Part shown: in pieces, positions 1-8,485 of the stretch | How the letters are laid out: each line of letters starts with the position of its first letter | How positions within the stretch are numbered: position 1 is the first letter of the stretch | Assembly (NCBI RefSeq): GCF_042660085.1 | Contig: NZ_JBHSTI010000008.1 | Span: 1,779,876-1,811,875 of the forward strand | Source: Longivirga aurantiaca | Lineage (GTDB): Bacteria > Actinomycetota > Actinomycetes > S36-B12 > CAIYMF01 | Reading direction: 5' to 3' | DNA: 32,000 nt | Made by a program: the position numbers and the translations under genes | The notes under the pieces: model-generated | Database searches by the model: none | Told to the model about the DNA's origin: nothing | Seen by the model: the letters and a program-made list of their open reading frames with translations, nothing else

Positions 1-651
1 GAAGAAGGAGTGCGGCGCACCGTCGTACACGTGCCGCTCAGCGTCGACGCCGCGGGCGGTGAGCCCCGCGATGAGGTCGTCGAAGCTCTCGGGCGCGATG
101 CTCTGGTCTGCGCCCGCGAGCAGCATGAGGATCGGCGCCCGCACCTGGTCGGCCACGGGGTCGACGGTGTCGACGCTGCCGTAGAAGCCGATCGCGCCGT
201 CGAGGCCGGGCTGGTCGGCCGCCTGGCGGTAGGAGTTGCGGCCGCCGAAGCAGAAGCCGACGGTGAACACCGACTCGGCACCGTCGGCGCGGAGCTTGTC
301 GATGCACGCGGCGACGTCGGCCGCGATGCCGGGCTGGGTGGTCTGCGGGATGTGCGTCTGCCAGTCGAAGCCCTCGGCGCGGTCGTCGGAGTCCGCCGTA
401 CGGCCGAACCAGTCGAAGGCGACGGCGTGGAAGCCGGCCTCGGCGAACCGCTCGGCGAGGTGCTTGTAGTAGTGGTGCAGGCCGCGGATGTCGGGGAGGA
501 TCACGATCCCCTTCGTCGACGGCGCGGCCGGGTGCGCCTCGTACGCCAGGAAGCTGTTGCCGTCGGCGGCGGTGAGGCGCAGGTCGCCGTGGGCGCCGAC
601 CTCCCCCTGGCGCGGCGGTGCGGGCGGGCGGGACTCGTCGCTGTGGCACAT
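1..651 (-). CDS. Dienelactone hydrolase family protein (3' end truncated by window edge)
   Basis: Minus frame from ATG 651: MCHSDESRPPAPPRQGEVGAHGDLRLTAADGNSFLAYEAHP...GIVILPDIRGLHHYYKHLAERFAEAGFHAVAFDWFGR...VFTVGFCFGGRNSY...APHSFF; the G-x-C-x-G-G nucleophile elbow and DIRGL motif are typical. This frame is missing from the ORF track because it runs off the edge. Confidence 0.85.
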   Translation of the reverse strand, partial: MCHSDESRPPAPPRQGEVGAHGDLRLTAADGNSFLAYEAHPAAPSTKGIVILPDIRGLHHYYKHLAERFAEAGFHAVAFDWFGRTADSDDRAEGFDWQTHIPQTTQPGIAADVAACIDKLRADGAESVFTVGFCFGGRNSYRQAADQPGLDGAIGFYGSVDTVDPVADQVRAPILMLLAGADQSIAPESFDDLIAGLTARGVDAERHVYDGAPHSFF

Positions 652-811
652 GGCTCGGACCCTACGTCGGCTGGGCACACCCTGGACCGAGGAACCGCGC
701 GATCAGTGAAGGCCGGATGTGTTGCGCTCTGAGCAACGAAGTCCCTACCGGGCGAGGGCTTCGTCCAGTGTCGCCCGGCGGGGGCCCGTTCCTTCATCGC
801 GACCGATCGGG

Positions 812-1591
812 TTAGGGCATGACGCCGGGGATGCCGCCGTCGAGGCGGAACTCGCTGCGCTCGATGCGCGGCGAGACCGCGGCGAGGGCCTCGGGGAGCG
901 TGAAGGCGCCGGCGTACAGCGCCTTGCCGACGATCGCGCCCTCGACGCCGATGCCGACGAGCTCGGCGATCGCGTGCAGGTCGGCCAGCGACGAGACGCC
1001 GCCGGAGGCCACGACCGGCTTGTCGGTGCGCTCGCACACCTCGCGCAGCAGGTCGAGGTTGGGGCCGGTGAGCGTGCCGTCCTTGCGGACGTCGGTCACC
1101 ACGTAGCGAGCGCACCCCTCGGAGTCCAGGCGTGCCAGCACCTCCCAGAGGTCGCCGCCGTCCTCCGTCCAGCCTCGCGCGGCGAGGGTCGTGCCGCGTA
1201 CGTCGAGACCCACGGCGACGCGGTCGCCGTGCTCCGCGATCGCACGTGCGCACCACTCGGGGTTCTCGAGCGCCGCGGTGCCGATGTTGACACGCGTGCA
1301 CCCGGTGGCGAGCGCGGCGCGCAGCGACTCGTCGTCGCGGATGCCGCCGCTCATCTCGACCTTGATGTCCATGCGGCCGACCACCTCGGCGAGCAGCGCG
1401 GCGTTCGAGCCGCGGCCGAAGGCGGCGTCGAGGTCGACGAGGTGGATCCACTCGGCGCCCTGCTCCTGCCACGCGAGCGCGGCCTCGAGCGGATCGCCGT
1501 ACGACGTCTCGCTGCCGGCCTCCCCCTGCACGAGACGGACGGCCTGACCGTCGGCGACGTCGACTGCGGGGAGGAGCTCGAGGTAGGTCAT
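812..1591 (-). CDS. priA: Bifunctional HisA/PriA phosphoribosyl isomerase (actinobacterial type)
   Basis: 259 aa (beta/alpha)8 protein: [54 protein letters not shown]...[10 protein letters not shown]...[13 protein letters not shown]; located in the his operon after hisH. Confidence 0.95.
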   Translation of the reverse strand: MTYLELLPAVDVADGQAVRLVQGEAGSETSYGDPLEAALAWQEQGAEWIHLVDLDAAFGRGSNAALLAEVVGRMDIKVEMSGGIRDDESLRAALATGCTRVNIGTAALENPEWCARAIAEHGDRVAVGLDVRGTTLAARGWTEDGGDLWEVLARLDSEGCARYVVTDVRKDGTLTGPNLDLLREVCERTDKPVVASGGVSSLADLHAIAELVGIGVEGAIVGKALYAGAFTLPEALAAVSPRIERSEFRLDGGIPGVMP

Positions 1592-1718
1592 GCCCTCAGC
1601 CTAACGAGCGCCTCCGAGGCCGGGCCGCGTCGGTAGCCACGCCCGCGCTACTCCGGGATAGAGGTCGGGACGTGCAGTTGAACTGACGTGATCGACCCTC
1701 AGGGCCCAGAAGTGCAGG

Positions 1719-2081
1719 TCAGACGGCGCGGTCGTAGAGCAGGACGCGGACGACGGGGAGGATCAGGAGCGAGAGCAGGAAGACCCAGAGGCGCGCCGAC
1801 CAGTCGGGCAGGAACCACCAGACCACGGCCTGCACCGCGACGAAGAGCACGAGCAGCACGAGGAAGCGACGCCGACGGCGGGGTGCCAGCGGGTCGTTCG
1901 GCGGGAACTTGCGGCGCCACCACCGGCCGAACCGCGTGCGGGCCTTGCCGACCGGCTCGGTCACCGTGCCCGCGACCGCTGCCCGCTGGGCGGCACGCCT
2001 GCGGCTGCGGTCGCGCTTGTCGCGCTCCGCCGCCGCCGCGGCCTCGCGCTCGGCGCGACGACGCGCCCGCTCCTTGCTCAT
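1719..2081 (-). CDS. Small basic membrane protein (about 120 aa, two C-terminal TM segments) between hisH and priA
   Basis: [120 protein letters not shown]; ATG overlaps the hisH stop (ATGA, 2078-2081). Confidence 0.8.
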   Translation of the reverse strand: MSKERARRRAEREAAAAAERDKRDRSRRRAAQRAAVAGTVTEPVGKARTRFGRWWRRKFPPNDPLAPRRRRRFLVLLVLFVAVQAVVWWFLPDWSARLWVFLLSLLILPVVRVLLYDRAV

Positions 2082-2716
2082 GAGCGCAGGGTGGCGACCC
2101 AGTTGGCCAGCACGCGCGCGCCGGCGTCCCCGGACTTCTCGGGGTGGAACTGGGTGGCGGCCAACGGGCCGTTCTCGACCGCGGCCACGAACGGCTCGCC
2201 GTGCGTCGCCCAGGTGACGAGGGGCGCGCGCAGCTTGTCGTTCGTGGGCTCGAGCTCCCACCGGCGTACGCCGTAGGAGTGCACGAAGTAGAAGCGCTCG
2301 CCCTCGACGCCCTCGAACAGGGTCGAGCCGGACGGCACGTCGACCGTGTTCCAGCCCATGTGCGGGAGCACGGGCGCGTGCAGCTCCTCGACGACGCCGG
2401 GCCACTCCCCCATGCCCTCGGTGTCCACGCCATGCTCGACGCCGTGCTCGAACAGCACCTGCATGCCGACGCAGATGCCGAGCACGGGCCGGCCGCCGGA
2501 GAGGCGGCGCCCGACGATCTCGTGGCCCTTGACCGCGCGGATGCCGGCCATGCACGCGGCGAACGCGCCCACGCCGGGGACGACGAGACCGTCGCACTCC
2601 AGCGCGGCCTCGCGGTCGGCCGTGACGGTGACCTCGGCGCCCGCCCGCACGAGCGCGCGCTCGGCCGAGAGGATGTTGCCCGACCCGTAGTCGAGCACCA
2701 CGACGCTGGGGCTCAT
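2078..2716 (-). CDS. hisH: Imidazole glycerol phosphate synthase glutaminase subunit HisH
   Basis: 212 aa: [22 protein letters not shown]...[15 protein letters not shown]...[17 protein letters not shown]...WNTVD...FVHSYGV...QFHPEKSG; class I glutaminase motifs. Confidence 0.97.
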   Translation of the reverse strand: MSPSVVVLDYGSGNILSAERALVRAGAEVTVTADREAALECDGLVVPGVGAFAACMAGIRAVKGHEIVGRRLSGGRPVLGICVGMQVLFEHGVEHGVDTEGMGEWPGVVEELHAPVLPHMGWNTVDVPSGSTLFEGVEGERFYFVHSYGVRRWELEPTNDKLRAPLVTWATHGEPFVAAVENGPLAATQFHPEKSGDAGARVLANWVATLRS

Positions 2717-2720
2717 GGGA

Positions 2721-2873
2721 TCAGCCCTGCTTCGGGAGCCACGCCATGGCGGCTGCGAACGACAGCGCGGCGCCGCTGGCGAGCACCATCGCGGGCAGCC
2801 AGCGACGGTTGCGCGCGAACGAGATCACACCGCCGACGAGGACCCCGGCGAGCACGAGCATGGCGACCCACAC
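2721..2873 (-). CDS. Small hydrophobic membrane protein (about 50 aa) between hisB and hisH
   Basis: From GTG 2873: [50 protein letters not shown]; two hydrophobic segments, tightly packed between hisB (stop 2878) and hisH (start 2716). Confidence 0.65.
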   Translation of the reverse strand: MWVAMLVLAGVLVGGVISFARNRRWLPAMVLASGAALSFAAAMAWLPKQG

Positions 2874-2877
2874 GGGA

Positions 2878-3465
2878 CTACAGCGATCCCTTCGTGCTCG
2901 GCACACCGACCACGCGCGGGTCGATCTCGACGGCGGTGCGCAGCGCGCGCGCGAACGCCTTGAACTGCGTCTCGACGACGTGGTGCGCGTTGCGGCCGGC
3001 GAGCACCTTGACGTGCAGCGTGATGCGCGACTCCGCGACGATCGACTCGAAGATGTGCTTGGTCAGCGTGGTGTCGTACGAGCCGATGAGCTCGACGATC
3101 TCCGGCTCGTCGTGCACGAGGTAGGGGCGGCCGGAGAGGTCGACGGCGACCTGCACGAGAGCCTCGTCGAGCGGCACGAGCGAGTCGCCGTAGCGACGGA
3201 TGCCCGCCTTGTCGCCGAGCGCCTCGCGCAGGGCCTGGCCGAGGGCCAGCGACGTGTCCTCGACGGTGTGGTGCGCATCGACCTCGAGGTCGCCCTTCGT
3301 GCGCACGACGAGGTCGAAGCCTCCGTGCTTCCCGATCTGGGCGAGCATGTGGTCGAAGAAGGGCACGCCCGTCTCGACGTCGGCAGTGCCGCTGCCGTCG
3401 ATCTCGAGCTCGACGAGGACGTCGCTCTCCTTGGTCGTGCGCTGCACGCGCGCGGACCTGCTCAT
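2878..3465 (-). CDS. hisB: Imidazoleglycerol-phosphate dehydratase
   Basis: From ATG 3465: [79 protein letters not shown]...; DAHHTVED motif. Start overlaps the hisC stop (ATGA 3462-3465). Confidence 0.97.
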   Translation of the reverse strand: MSRSARVQRTTKESDVLVELEIDGSGTADVETGVPFFDHMLAQIGKHGGFDLVVRTKGDLEVDAHHTVEDTSLALGQALREALGDKAGIRRYGDSLVPLDEALVQVAVDLSGRPYLVHDEPEIVELIGSYDTTLTKHIFESIVAESRITLHVKVLAGRNAHHVVETQFKAFARALRTAVEIDPRVVGVPSTKGSL

Positions 3466-4550
3466 GCCGTGACCTCCTCCAGCGCGGCGCGGAACGCCGC
3501 GTTCTCCTCGGGTGTGCCGACGCTCACCCGCAAGTACGACTCGGGACCGGTCTCCCGGATCAGGACGCCGCGCTCGAGCAGCCCCTGCCAGATCGCGTGC
3601 CGGTCCTCGAAGTGCCCGAACAGCACGAAGTTCGCGTCGCTGTCCGGTACGGCGTGGCCGCGCGCTCGAAGCCACGCGACGAGTGCGTCGCGCTCGGACC
3701 GCAGCAGAGCCACCTGCGCCTGCAGCTCGTCCGCGTGCGCGAGCGCCGTGCGCGCGACGGCCTGCGTGACGGCGGACAGGTGGTACGGCAGGCGCACGAG
3801 CTGCACCGCCTGCACCACCGCGGGCGACGCGGCGAGGTAGCCGAGGCGCGCTCCGGCGAGGCCGAACGCCTTGCTCATCGTGCGGGTGACGACCAGGCGC
3901 GGGTGGTCGGCGAGCAGCTCGAGCGAGCTCGGGGTGCCGTCGCGGCGGAACTCGGCGTACGCCTCATCGACGACGACCATGCCGGGTGCGGCATCGAGCA
4001 CGGCTCGGACGACGTCGAGCCCCAGCGGGGTGCCCGTGGGGTTGTTGGGCGAGGCGAGCAGCACGATGTCGGGCCGGTGCGCCTCGATCGCGAACACCGC
4101 GGCGACGGGGTCGACGCGGAAGTCGGCGTCGCGCGGGATGGTCACGTAGCGCGTGAACGTGTCGCGGCAGTACTCCGGGTACATCGAGTACGTCGGCGTG
4201 AAGCCCAGCGCCGTCCGGCCCGGGCCGCCGAACGCGAGCATCAGCTGGTGCATGACCTCGTTGCTGCCGTTGGCGGGCCAGAGCTGGTCGCCCGTGAGGG
4301 CCACGCCGCTCTCGCGCCCGAGGTACGTCGCGAGGTCCGCGCGCAGCGCCACGGCGTCGCGGTCGGGGTAGCGGTTGAGGCCTCGCGTGGCATCGGCGAC
4401 GGCGGCGGCGACGTCTGCGACGAGCGACTCGGACGGCGCGAACGGGTTCTCGTTCACGTTGAGGCGCGCCGCGACGTCGAGCTGCGGGGCGCCGTACGGC
4501 ACCTGACCTCGCAGGTCGTCACGCACCGGGAGGTCGTCGAGGTGGGTCAT
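3462..4550 (-). CDS. hisC: Histidinol-phosphate aminotransferase
   Basis: 362 aa, class I/II aminotransferase: [15 protein letters not shown]...[14 protein letters not shown]...[10 protein letters not shown]...[18 protein letters not shown]. Confidence 0.97.
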   Translation of the reverse strand: MTHLDDLPVRDDLRGQVPYGAPQLDVAARLNVNENPFAPSESLVADVAAAVADATRGLNRYPDRDAVALRADLATYLGRESGVALTGDQLWPANGSNEVMHQLMLAFGGPGRTALGFTPTYSMYPEYCRDTFTRYVTIPRDADFRVDPVAAVFAIEAHRPDIVLLASPNNPTGTPLGLDVVRAVLDAAPGMVVVDEAYAEFRRDGTPSSLELLADHPRLVVTRTMSKAFGLAGARLGYLAASPAVVQAVQLVRLPYHLSAVTQAVARTALAHADELQAQVALLRSERDALVAWLRARGHAVPDSDANFVLFGHFEDRHAIWQGLLERGVLIRETGPESYLRVSVGTPEENAAFRAALEEVTA

Positions 4551-4551
4551 C

Positions 4552-5856
4552 TCAGCCGCCGCTCGGACGGTTGACGCGCACCTCGACGGCCGCTGCGTGG
4601 CCGGGGAGGTCCTCGGCGTTGGCGAGCGCGATGACGTGGTGGGCGACGTCGCGCAGCGCGTCGGCGTCGTAGTCGATCACGTGGATCCCGCGCAGGAACG
4701 TCTGCACGGACAGGCCCGACGAGTGGCACGCGCATCCGCCGGTGGGCAGGACGTGGTTGGAGCCGGCGGCGTAGTCGCCGAGGGAGACGGGTGCGTGCGC
4801 GCCCACGAAGATCGCACCCGCGTTGCGCACGCGGAGCGCCACCTCGCGCGCGTCGCGCGTCTGGATCTCGAGGTGCTCGGCGGCGTACGCGTCGACGACC
4901 GCGAGCCCGGCGTCGAGCGTGTCGACGAGCACGATCCCGCTCTGCGACCCGGCGAGCGCCTCGGCGATGCGCTCGCTGTGCTTGGTGGCCGGCACCTGGA
5001 TCGCCAGCTCGGCCTCGACTGCGTCGGCGAGCTCGATGCTCGTGGTGACGAGCACGCTGGCTGCGATGACGTCGTGCTCGGCCTGGCTGATGAGGTCGGC
5101 GGCGACGTACGCGGCGTCGGCGGTGTCGTCGGCGAGGACTGCGATCTCGGTGGGGCCGGCCTCGGAGTCGATGCCGATACGGCCCTTGAGCAGTCGCTTG
5201 GCCGCGGTGACGTAGATGTTGCCCGGGCCGGTGACCATGTAGACGGGGGCGACGTCCTCGGTGCCGTAGGCGAACATCGCGACCGCCTGGGCCCCGCCGG
5301 CGGCGTACACCTCGTGCACGTCGAGCAGCGCGCACGCGGCGAGGATCGTGGGGTGGGGCAGGCCGCCGAAGTCCTTCTGCGGCGGGCTGGCGACGGCGAA
5401 CGATGCGACGCCGGCGACCTGGGCCGGGACGACGTTCATGACCACCGAGCTCGGGTAGACCGCGCGACCCCCGGGCACGTAGAGGCCGACGCGCTCCACG
5501 GGGAGCCACCGCTCGGTGACCGAGCCGCCGGGGACGACCTGAGTCGTGGTGTCGGTGCGCCGCTGGTCCTCGTGCACCAGCCGAGCGCGACGGATCGCCT
5601 CCTCGAGGGCCGCCCGGACCGCCGGATCGAGGTTCGCGAGCGCGGAGTCGAGCGCCGCCTGCGGGACGCGCAGGCTCGGGGGGCGGACGCCGTCGAGCTT
5701 CTCGCCCCACTCGAGCACCGCCTCGGTGCCGCGCTGGCGCACGTCCTCGACGATGGGCCGCACGGTGTGGAGCACGCTCTCGACGTCGACGGCCGCGCGC
5801 GGCAGCACGTCACGGGGGTCGACGGACGAGCCCCTGAGGTCGATGCGGCGGATCAC
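4552..5856 (-). CDS. hisD: Histidinol dehydrogenase
   Basis: 434 aa from GTG 5856: [43 protein letters not shown]...; [67 protein letters not shown]. The track start at 6033 is too long. Confidence 0.95.
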   Translation of the reverse strand: MIRRIDLRGSSVDPRDVLPRAAVDVESVLHTVRPIVEDVRQRGTEAVLEWGEKLDGVRPPSLRVPQAALDSALANLDPAVRAALEEAIRRARLVHEDQRRTDTTTQVVPGGSVTERWLPVERVGLYVPGGRAVYPSSVVMNVVPAQVAGVASFAVASPPQKDFGGLPHPTILAACALLDVHEVYAAGGAQAVAMFAYGTEDVAPVYMVTGPGNIYVTAAKRLLKGRIGIDSEAGPTEIAVLADDTADAAYVAADLISQAEHDVIAASVLVTTSIELADAVEAELAIQVPATKHSERIAEALAGSQSGIVLVDTLDAGLAVVDAYAAEHLEIQTRDAREVALRVRNAGAIFVGAHAPVSLGDYAAGSNHVLPTGGCACHSSGLSVQTFLRGIHVIDYDADALRDVAHHVIALANAEDLPGHAAAVEVRVNRPSGG

Positions 5857-5857
5857 G

Positions 5858-5908
5858 CCGGCCAGTCTACGGAGGGCGGCCTCCGCGACCCACCCGAGTA
5901 CTGGCCGG
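5858..5908. repeat. Perfect 9-bp inverted repeat CCGGCCAGT/ACTGGCCGG with inner GGAGG/CCTCC hairpin, in the hisD leader
   Basis: Arms 5858-5866 and 5900-5908; inner hairpin 5871-5875/5880-5884; lies next to the hisD GTG start on the minus strand. Confidence 0.7.
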
Positions 5909-5977
5909 AGTCCGCCCCCTGAGATGCCGGGCGGGGGCGGGGATGCGCCGCACCGGCACGTGCGCCACGCTGGGACC

Positions 5978-6673
5978 GTGACGAGCAGGCGGGTGGGCGA
6001 GCGCGCTGTCATCCCGCTGTTCCCCCTCGGCACGGTGCTGGTGCCCGGTCTCGTGCTCCCGCTGCACGTCTTCGAGCCCCGCTACCGCCGGCTGCTGGCC
6101 GACCTCGCCGAGCGCCCGGAGGACGAGCGCGGCTTCGGCGTCGTGGCCATCCGCGAGGGCCACGAGGTGGGCGAGGACGGCGCGAAGGCGCTGCACGAGG
6201 TCGGCACGCTGGCGCTGCTGCGCTCGGTCGTGCCGTGGCCCGACGGTCGCGCGGACATCATGACCAACGGCGACGCCCGCTTCCGCGTGCTCCGCCTGGC
6301 CGACGAGGGCACGCCGTACACCTGCGCCGAGATCGAGTGGCTGGGCGAGGAGGACGGCGACGCCGACACCCACCTCGTGGCGCAGGCCGTGAGCGACCGG
6401 TTCGACGAGTACCGCGCCGCGGTGGCGGGCGCGGGGGCCGTCGAGGCGGCGCAGATGCTCGCCCTCTCGGAGGACCCGCGCATGCTGTCGTACCTCGTCG
6501 CCGCCGCGATGGTGCTCGACCTCCGCGACCGCCAGCGGCTGCTCGAGCTCCCGACCACGAGCGAGCGGCTCCGGGCCGAGATGGCGCTGCTCGCGCGCGA
6601 GAACGTGATGATGCGCGAGCTGCCCTCCCTCCCGGCGATCGACCTCGCGCGCACATCGAGCGGCATGAACTGA
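5978..6673 (+). CDS. Stand-alone LON substrate-binding (LON N-terminal domain-like) protein
   Basis: From GTG 5978: [58 protein letters not shown]...GTLALL...RFRVL; classic LON N-terminal signature without AAA or protease domain. Confidence 0.9.
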   Translation: MTSRRVGERAVIPLFPLGTVLVPGLVLPLHVFEPRYRRLLADLAERPEDERGFGVVAIREGHEVGEDGAKALHEVGTLALLRSVVPWPDGRADIMTNGDARFRVLRLADEGTPYTCAEIEWLGEEDGDADTHLVAQAVSDRFDEYRAAVAGAGAVEAAQMLALSEDPRMLSYLVAAAMVLDLRDRQRLLELPTTSERLRAEMALLARENVMMRELPSLPAIDLARTSSGMN

Positions 6674-6685
6674 CACCCTGGCCAG

Positions 6686-7045
6686 ATGACCCCCGTCGAC
6701 GGCGAGCAGGCACGGCTCGCCCTCGCGGCGGCCACGAGCGCCGAGGCGGTGCTCCCGTTCTTCGAGGAGGCCTCCCCGGGCGACCACCGCCCGGCCGACG
6801 CGATCGAGGCGGCGCGGGCGTGGGCCCGGGGCGAGATCACCGTCGACTCCGCCCGCCAGGCGGCGTACGGCGCCCACACCGCGGCCCGCGAGGCGCACAC
6901 CGCGGCTGCGGTGGCCGCAGCACGTTCTGCCGGCCATGCCGCCGCGACGGCGGAGAACGCGGGCCATGCGCCGCACGCCCAGCAGTACGCCGACCGCGCG
7001 GCCGCCGAGCAGGCGCGCGTCGACGGGAGCCTGTCGTCTCCGTGA
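6686..7045 (+). CDS. Putative immunity protein, Imm5-like family
   Basis: 119 aa: AEAVLPFFEEASPGDHRPADAIEAARAWARGEITVDSARQAAYGAHTAAREAHTAAAVAAARSAGHAAATAENAGHAPHAQQYADRAAAEQA; matches my recollection of the Imm5-like domain pattern (LPxFE..PxDxRPxxAIEAxRAWARGE...AAHAAAR...AARSAGHAAA.AH...HA..AxxYA). Not verified by search. Confidence 0.6.
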   Translation: MTPVDGEQARLALAAATSAEAVLPFFEEASPGDHRPADAIEAARAWARGEITVDSARQAAYGAHTAAREAHTAAAVAAARSAGHAAATAENAGHAPHAQQYADRAAAEQARVDGSLSSP

Positions 7046-7070
7046 GCACGGAGTCCGCGATGATGCGGGC

Positions 7071-7562
7071 GTGAGCAAGAAGCCCTCCCCCGGCGGCACG
7101 CCCGCCACCGTGGCCCTGAGCGCCGCCGGTGTCGCCTTCACCGCCCACGCGTACGAGCACGACCCCTCGGCGCCGTCGTACGGCCTCGAGGCGGCCGAGG
7201 TGCTCGGGCTCCCGGCCGAGCAGGTGTTCAAGACGCTGCTGGCCGACGTCGACGGCTCCCTGGTGGTCGCGATCGTGCCGGTCGCCGGCAAGCTCGACCT
7301 CAAGGCCCTGGCCGCAGCCGTCGGCGGCAAGAAGGCCGCGATGGCTGACCCGCACCTCGCCGAGCGCACCACCGGCTACGTGGTCGGCGGCATCAGCCCG
7401 CTCGGGCAGAGGAAGCTGCTGCCGACGGTGCTGGACGAGACGGCGATCCTCTACGACACCGTCTACGTCAGCGGCGGGCGCCGCGGCTTCGACCTCGGCC
7501 TCGCACCCGACGACCTCGTCGCGCTCACGTCCGCGATCACGGCCGACATCGCCCGCGGCTGA
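7071..7562 (+). CDS. ybaK: YbaK family Cys-tRNA(Pro) deacylase
   Basis: From GTG 7071: VSKKPSPGGTPATVALSAAGVAFTAHAYEHDPSAPSYGLEAAEVLGLPAEQVFKTLLADVDGSLVVAIVPVAGKLDLKALAAAVGGKKAAMADPHLAERTTGYVVGGISPLGQRKLLPTVLDE...; characteristic YbaK sequence. Confidence 0.95.
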   Translation: MSKKPSPGGTPATVALSAAGVAFTAHAYEHDPSAPSYGLEAAEVLGLPAEQVFKTLLADVDGSLVVAIVPVAGKLDLKALAAAVGGKKAAMADPHLAERTTGYVVGGISPLGQRKLLPTVLDETAILYDTVYVSGGRRGFDLGLAPDDLVALTSAITADIARG

Positions 7563-8136
7563 CGGCGACGCCGGCTGCCCAGCCAGGCGCGCGCCCGCCC
7601 GCCGGCGGACGCAGCCCGTCGACCGGGATGCCCGAGCTGACCAGCAGCCAGGCGACGAGCGAGTTGGAGTTCCACATCTCCCCCACCCGCTGCTCGTCGC
7701 GACCCCAGACGCAGGTCGGGAACGATGGAGCCAGGTCGAGGATCCGTGCGGCCACCCGTTCGTCCTCGCTGACGCGGTGCGCCCCGCCGACGGCGTAAGC
7801 GCGGTCCGGGATGACGCCGTCCCGCCAGCAGTGCACCTCGTAGCGGAAGTACTTCGAGCGGCCAAGGACGCGCAGGCCCACCGGACCCGATGTCACGGCC
7901 CCGACGTCGCTGTGGCCCGGGCCCCAGGCCGGGGTCATCTCGACGACGTAGCGCACCCCGCCGGCGACCACCTCGAGGGCGGCGTGGAAGAGGTCGGTCC
8001 GTGGTCGGCGTTGGCGCCAGGCGCTGATCGCCTCGTACGCAAGTCCGTTCCAGCGCACCACGGGAACCCGGGAACCTGCGCCGAGCGGGATCCAGAGCAG
8101 GTCGACGCCGGATGTGGTGCGGTCCATCACGTCCAA
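7537..8136 (-). CDS. Conserved hypothetical protein with HAALEV and MWNSNSLVAWLL motifs
   Basis: 199 aa ORF with globular, non-repetitive composition: DLFHAALEVVAGGVRYVVEMTPAWG...RSKYFRYEVHCWRDGVIPD...GRDEQRVGEMWNSNSLVAWLLVSSGIPVDGLRPPAGGRAPGW; tail-to-tail 26-nt overlap with ybaK. Confidence 0.8.
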   Translation of the reverse strand: MDVMDRTTSGVDLLWIPLGAGSRVPVVRWNGLAYEAISAWRQRRPRTDLFHAALEVVAGGVRYVVEMTPAWGPGHSDVGAVTSGPVGLRVLGRSKYFRYEVHCWRDGVIPDRAYAVGGAHRVSEDERVAARILDLAPSFPTCVWGRDEQRVGEMWNSNSLVAWLLVSSGIPVDGLRPPAGGRAPGWAAGVAVSRGRCRP

Positions 8137-8146
8137 CCCCCTGCCG

Positions 8147-8485
8147 TCAGAGCCCGCGCTCGCGCGCCTCGCGCTCGAGCCGGTCGAGCGCCTCGTCTAC
8201 GGCCTCCGTGTCGTAAGCGTGCCGGGACACCGTGGCGAACCGCGCCCCGCGGATCGCGGACGCCGACAGCCCCCGTGCATTGGCCATGAACCGGTCGACC
8301 TCCGCCGCGTCGTAGCCGGGCCCGGCAGCCTTCGGGAAGGCCCCGCCGGCGCGCACGCCGGGGGGCAGCGCCGACGCCGGCCCGTGCGGCAGCAGCGGCG
8401 CCGAGCCGCCGTGGCTCCGCGCGAGCTCCTCGGCCGCACCCTCGGCCGCCGGCCGTGGCCACCACGAGGTGAAGTCGGGGATCAG
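8147..8485 (-). CDS. Small DivIVA-domain-containing protein (start uncertain)
   Basis: In-frame C-terminus of track ORF 8147..10150: LIPDFTSWWPRPAAEGAAEELARSHGGSAPLLPHGPASALPPGVRAGGAFPKAAGPGYDAAEVDRFMANARGLSASAIRGARFATVSRHAYDTEAVDEALDRLEREARERGL*. GYDAAEVDxFM and AYDxxAVDEALDRLE resemble DivIVA-type segments. The start may be CTG 8485 overlapping the upstream stop, or an internal GTG. Confidence 0.6.
   Translation of the reverse strand: MIPDFTSWWPRPAAEGAAEELARSHGGSAPLLPHGPASALPPGVRAGGAFPKAAGPGYDAAEVDRFMANARGLSASAIRGARFATVSRHAYDTEAVDEALDRLEREARERGL

Noticed and set aside
5857-6030. Histidine attenuator leader peptide or T-box upstream of hisD
   Set aside because: No run of His codons in any minus-strand frame and no AGGGTGGNACCGCG-like motif; only the inverted repeat is reported.
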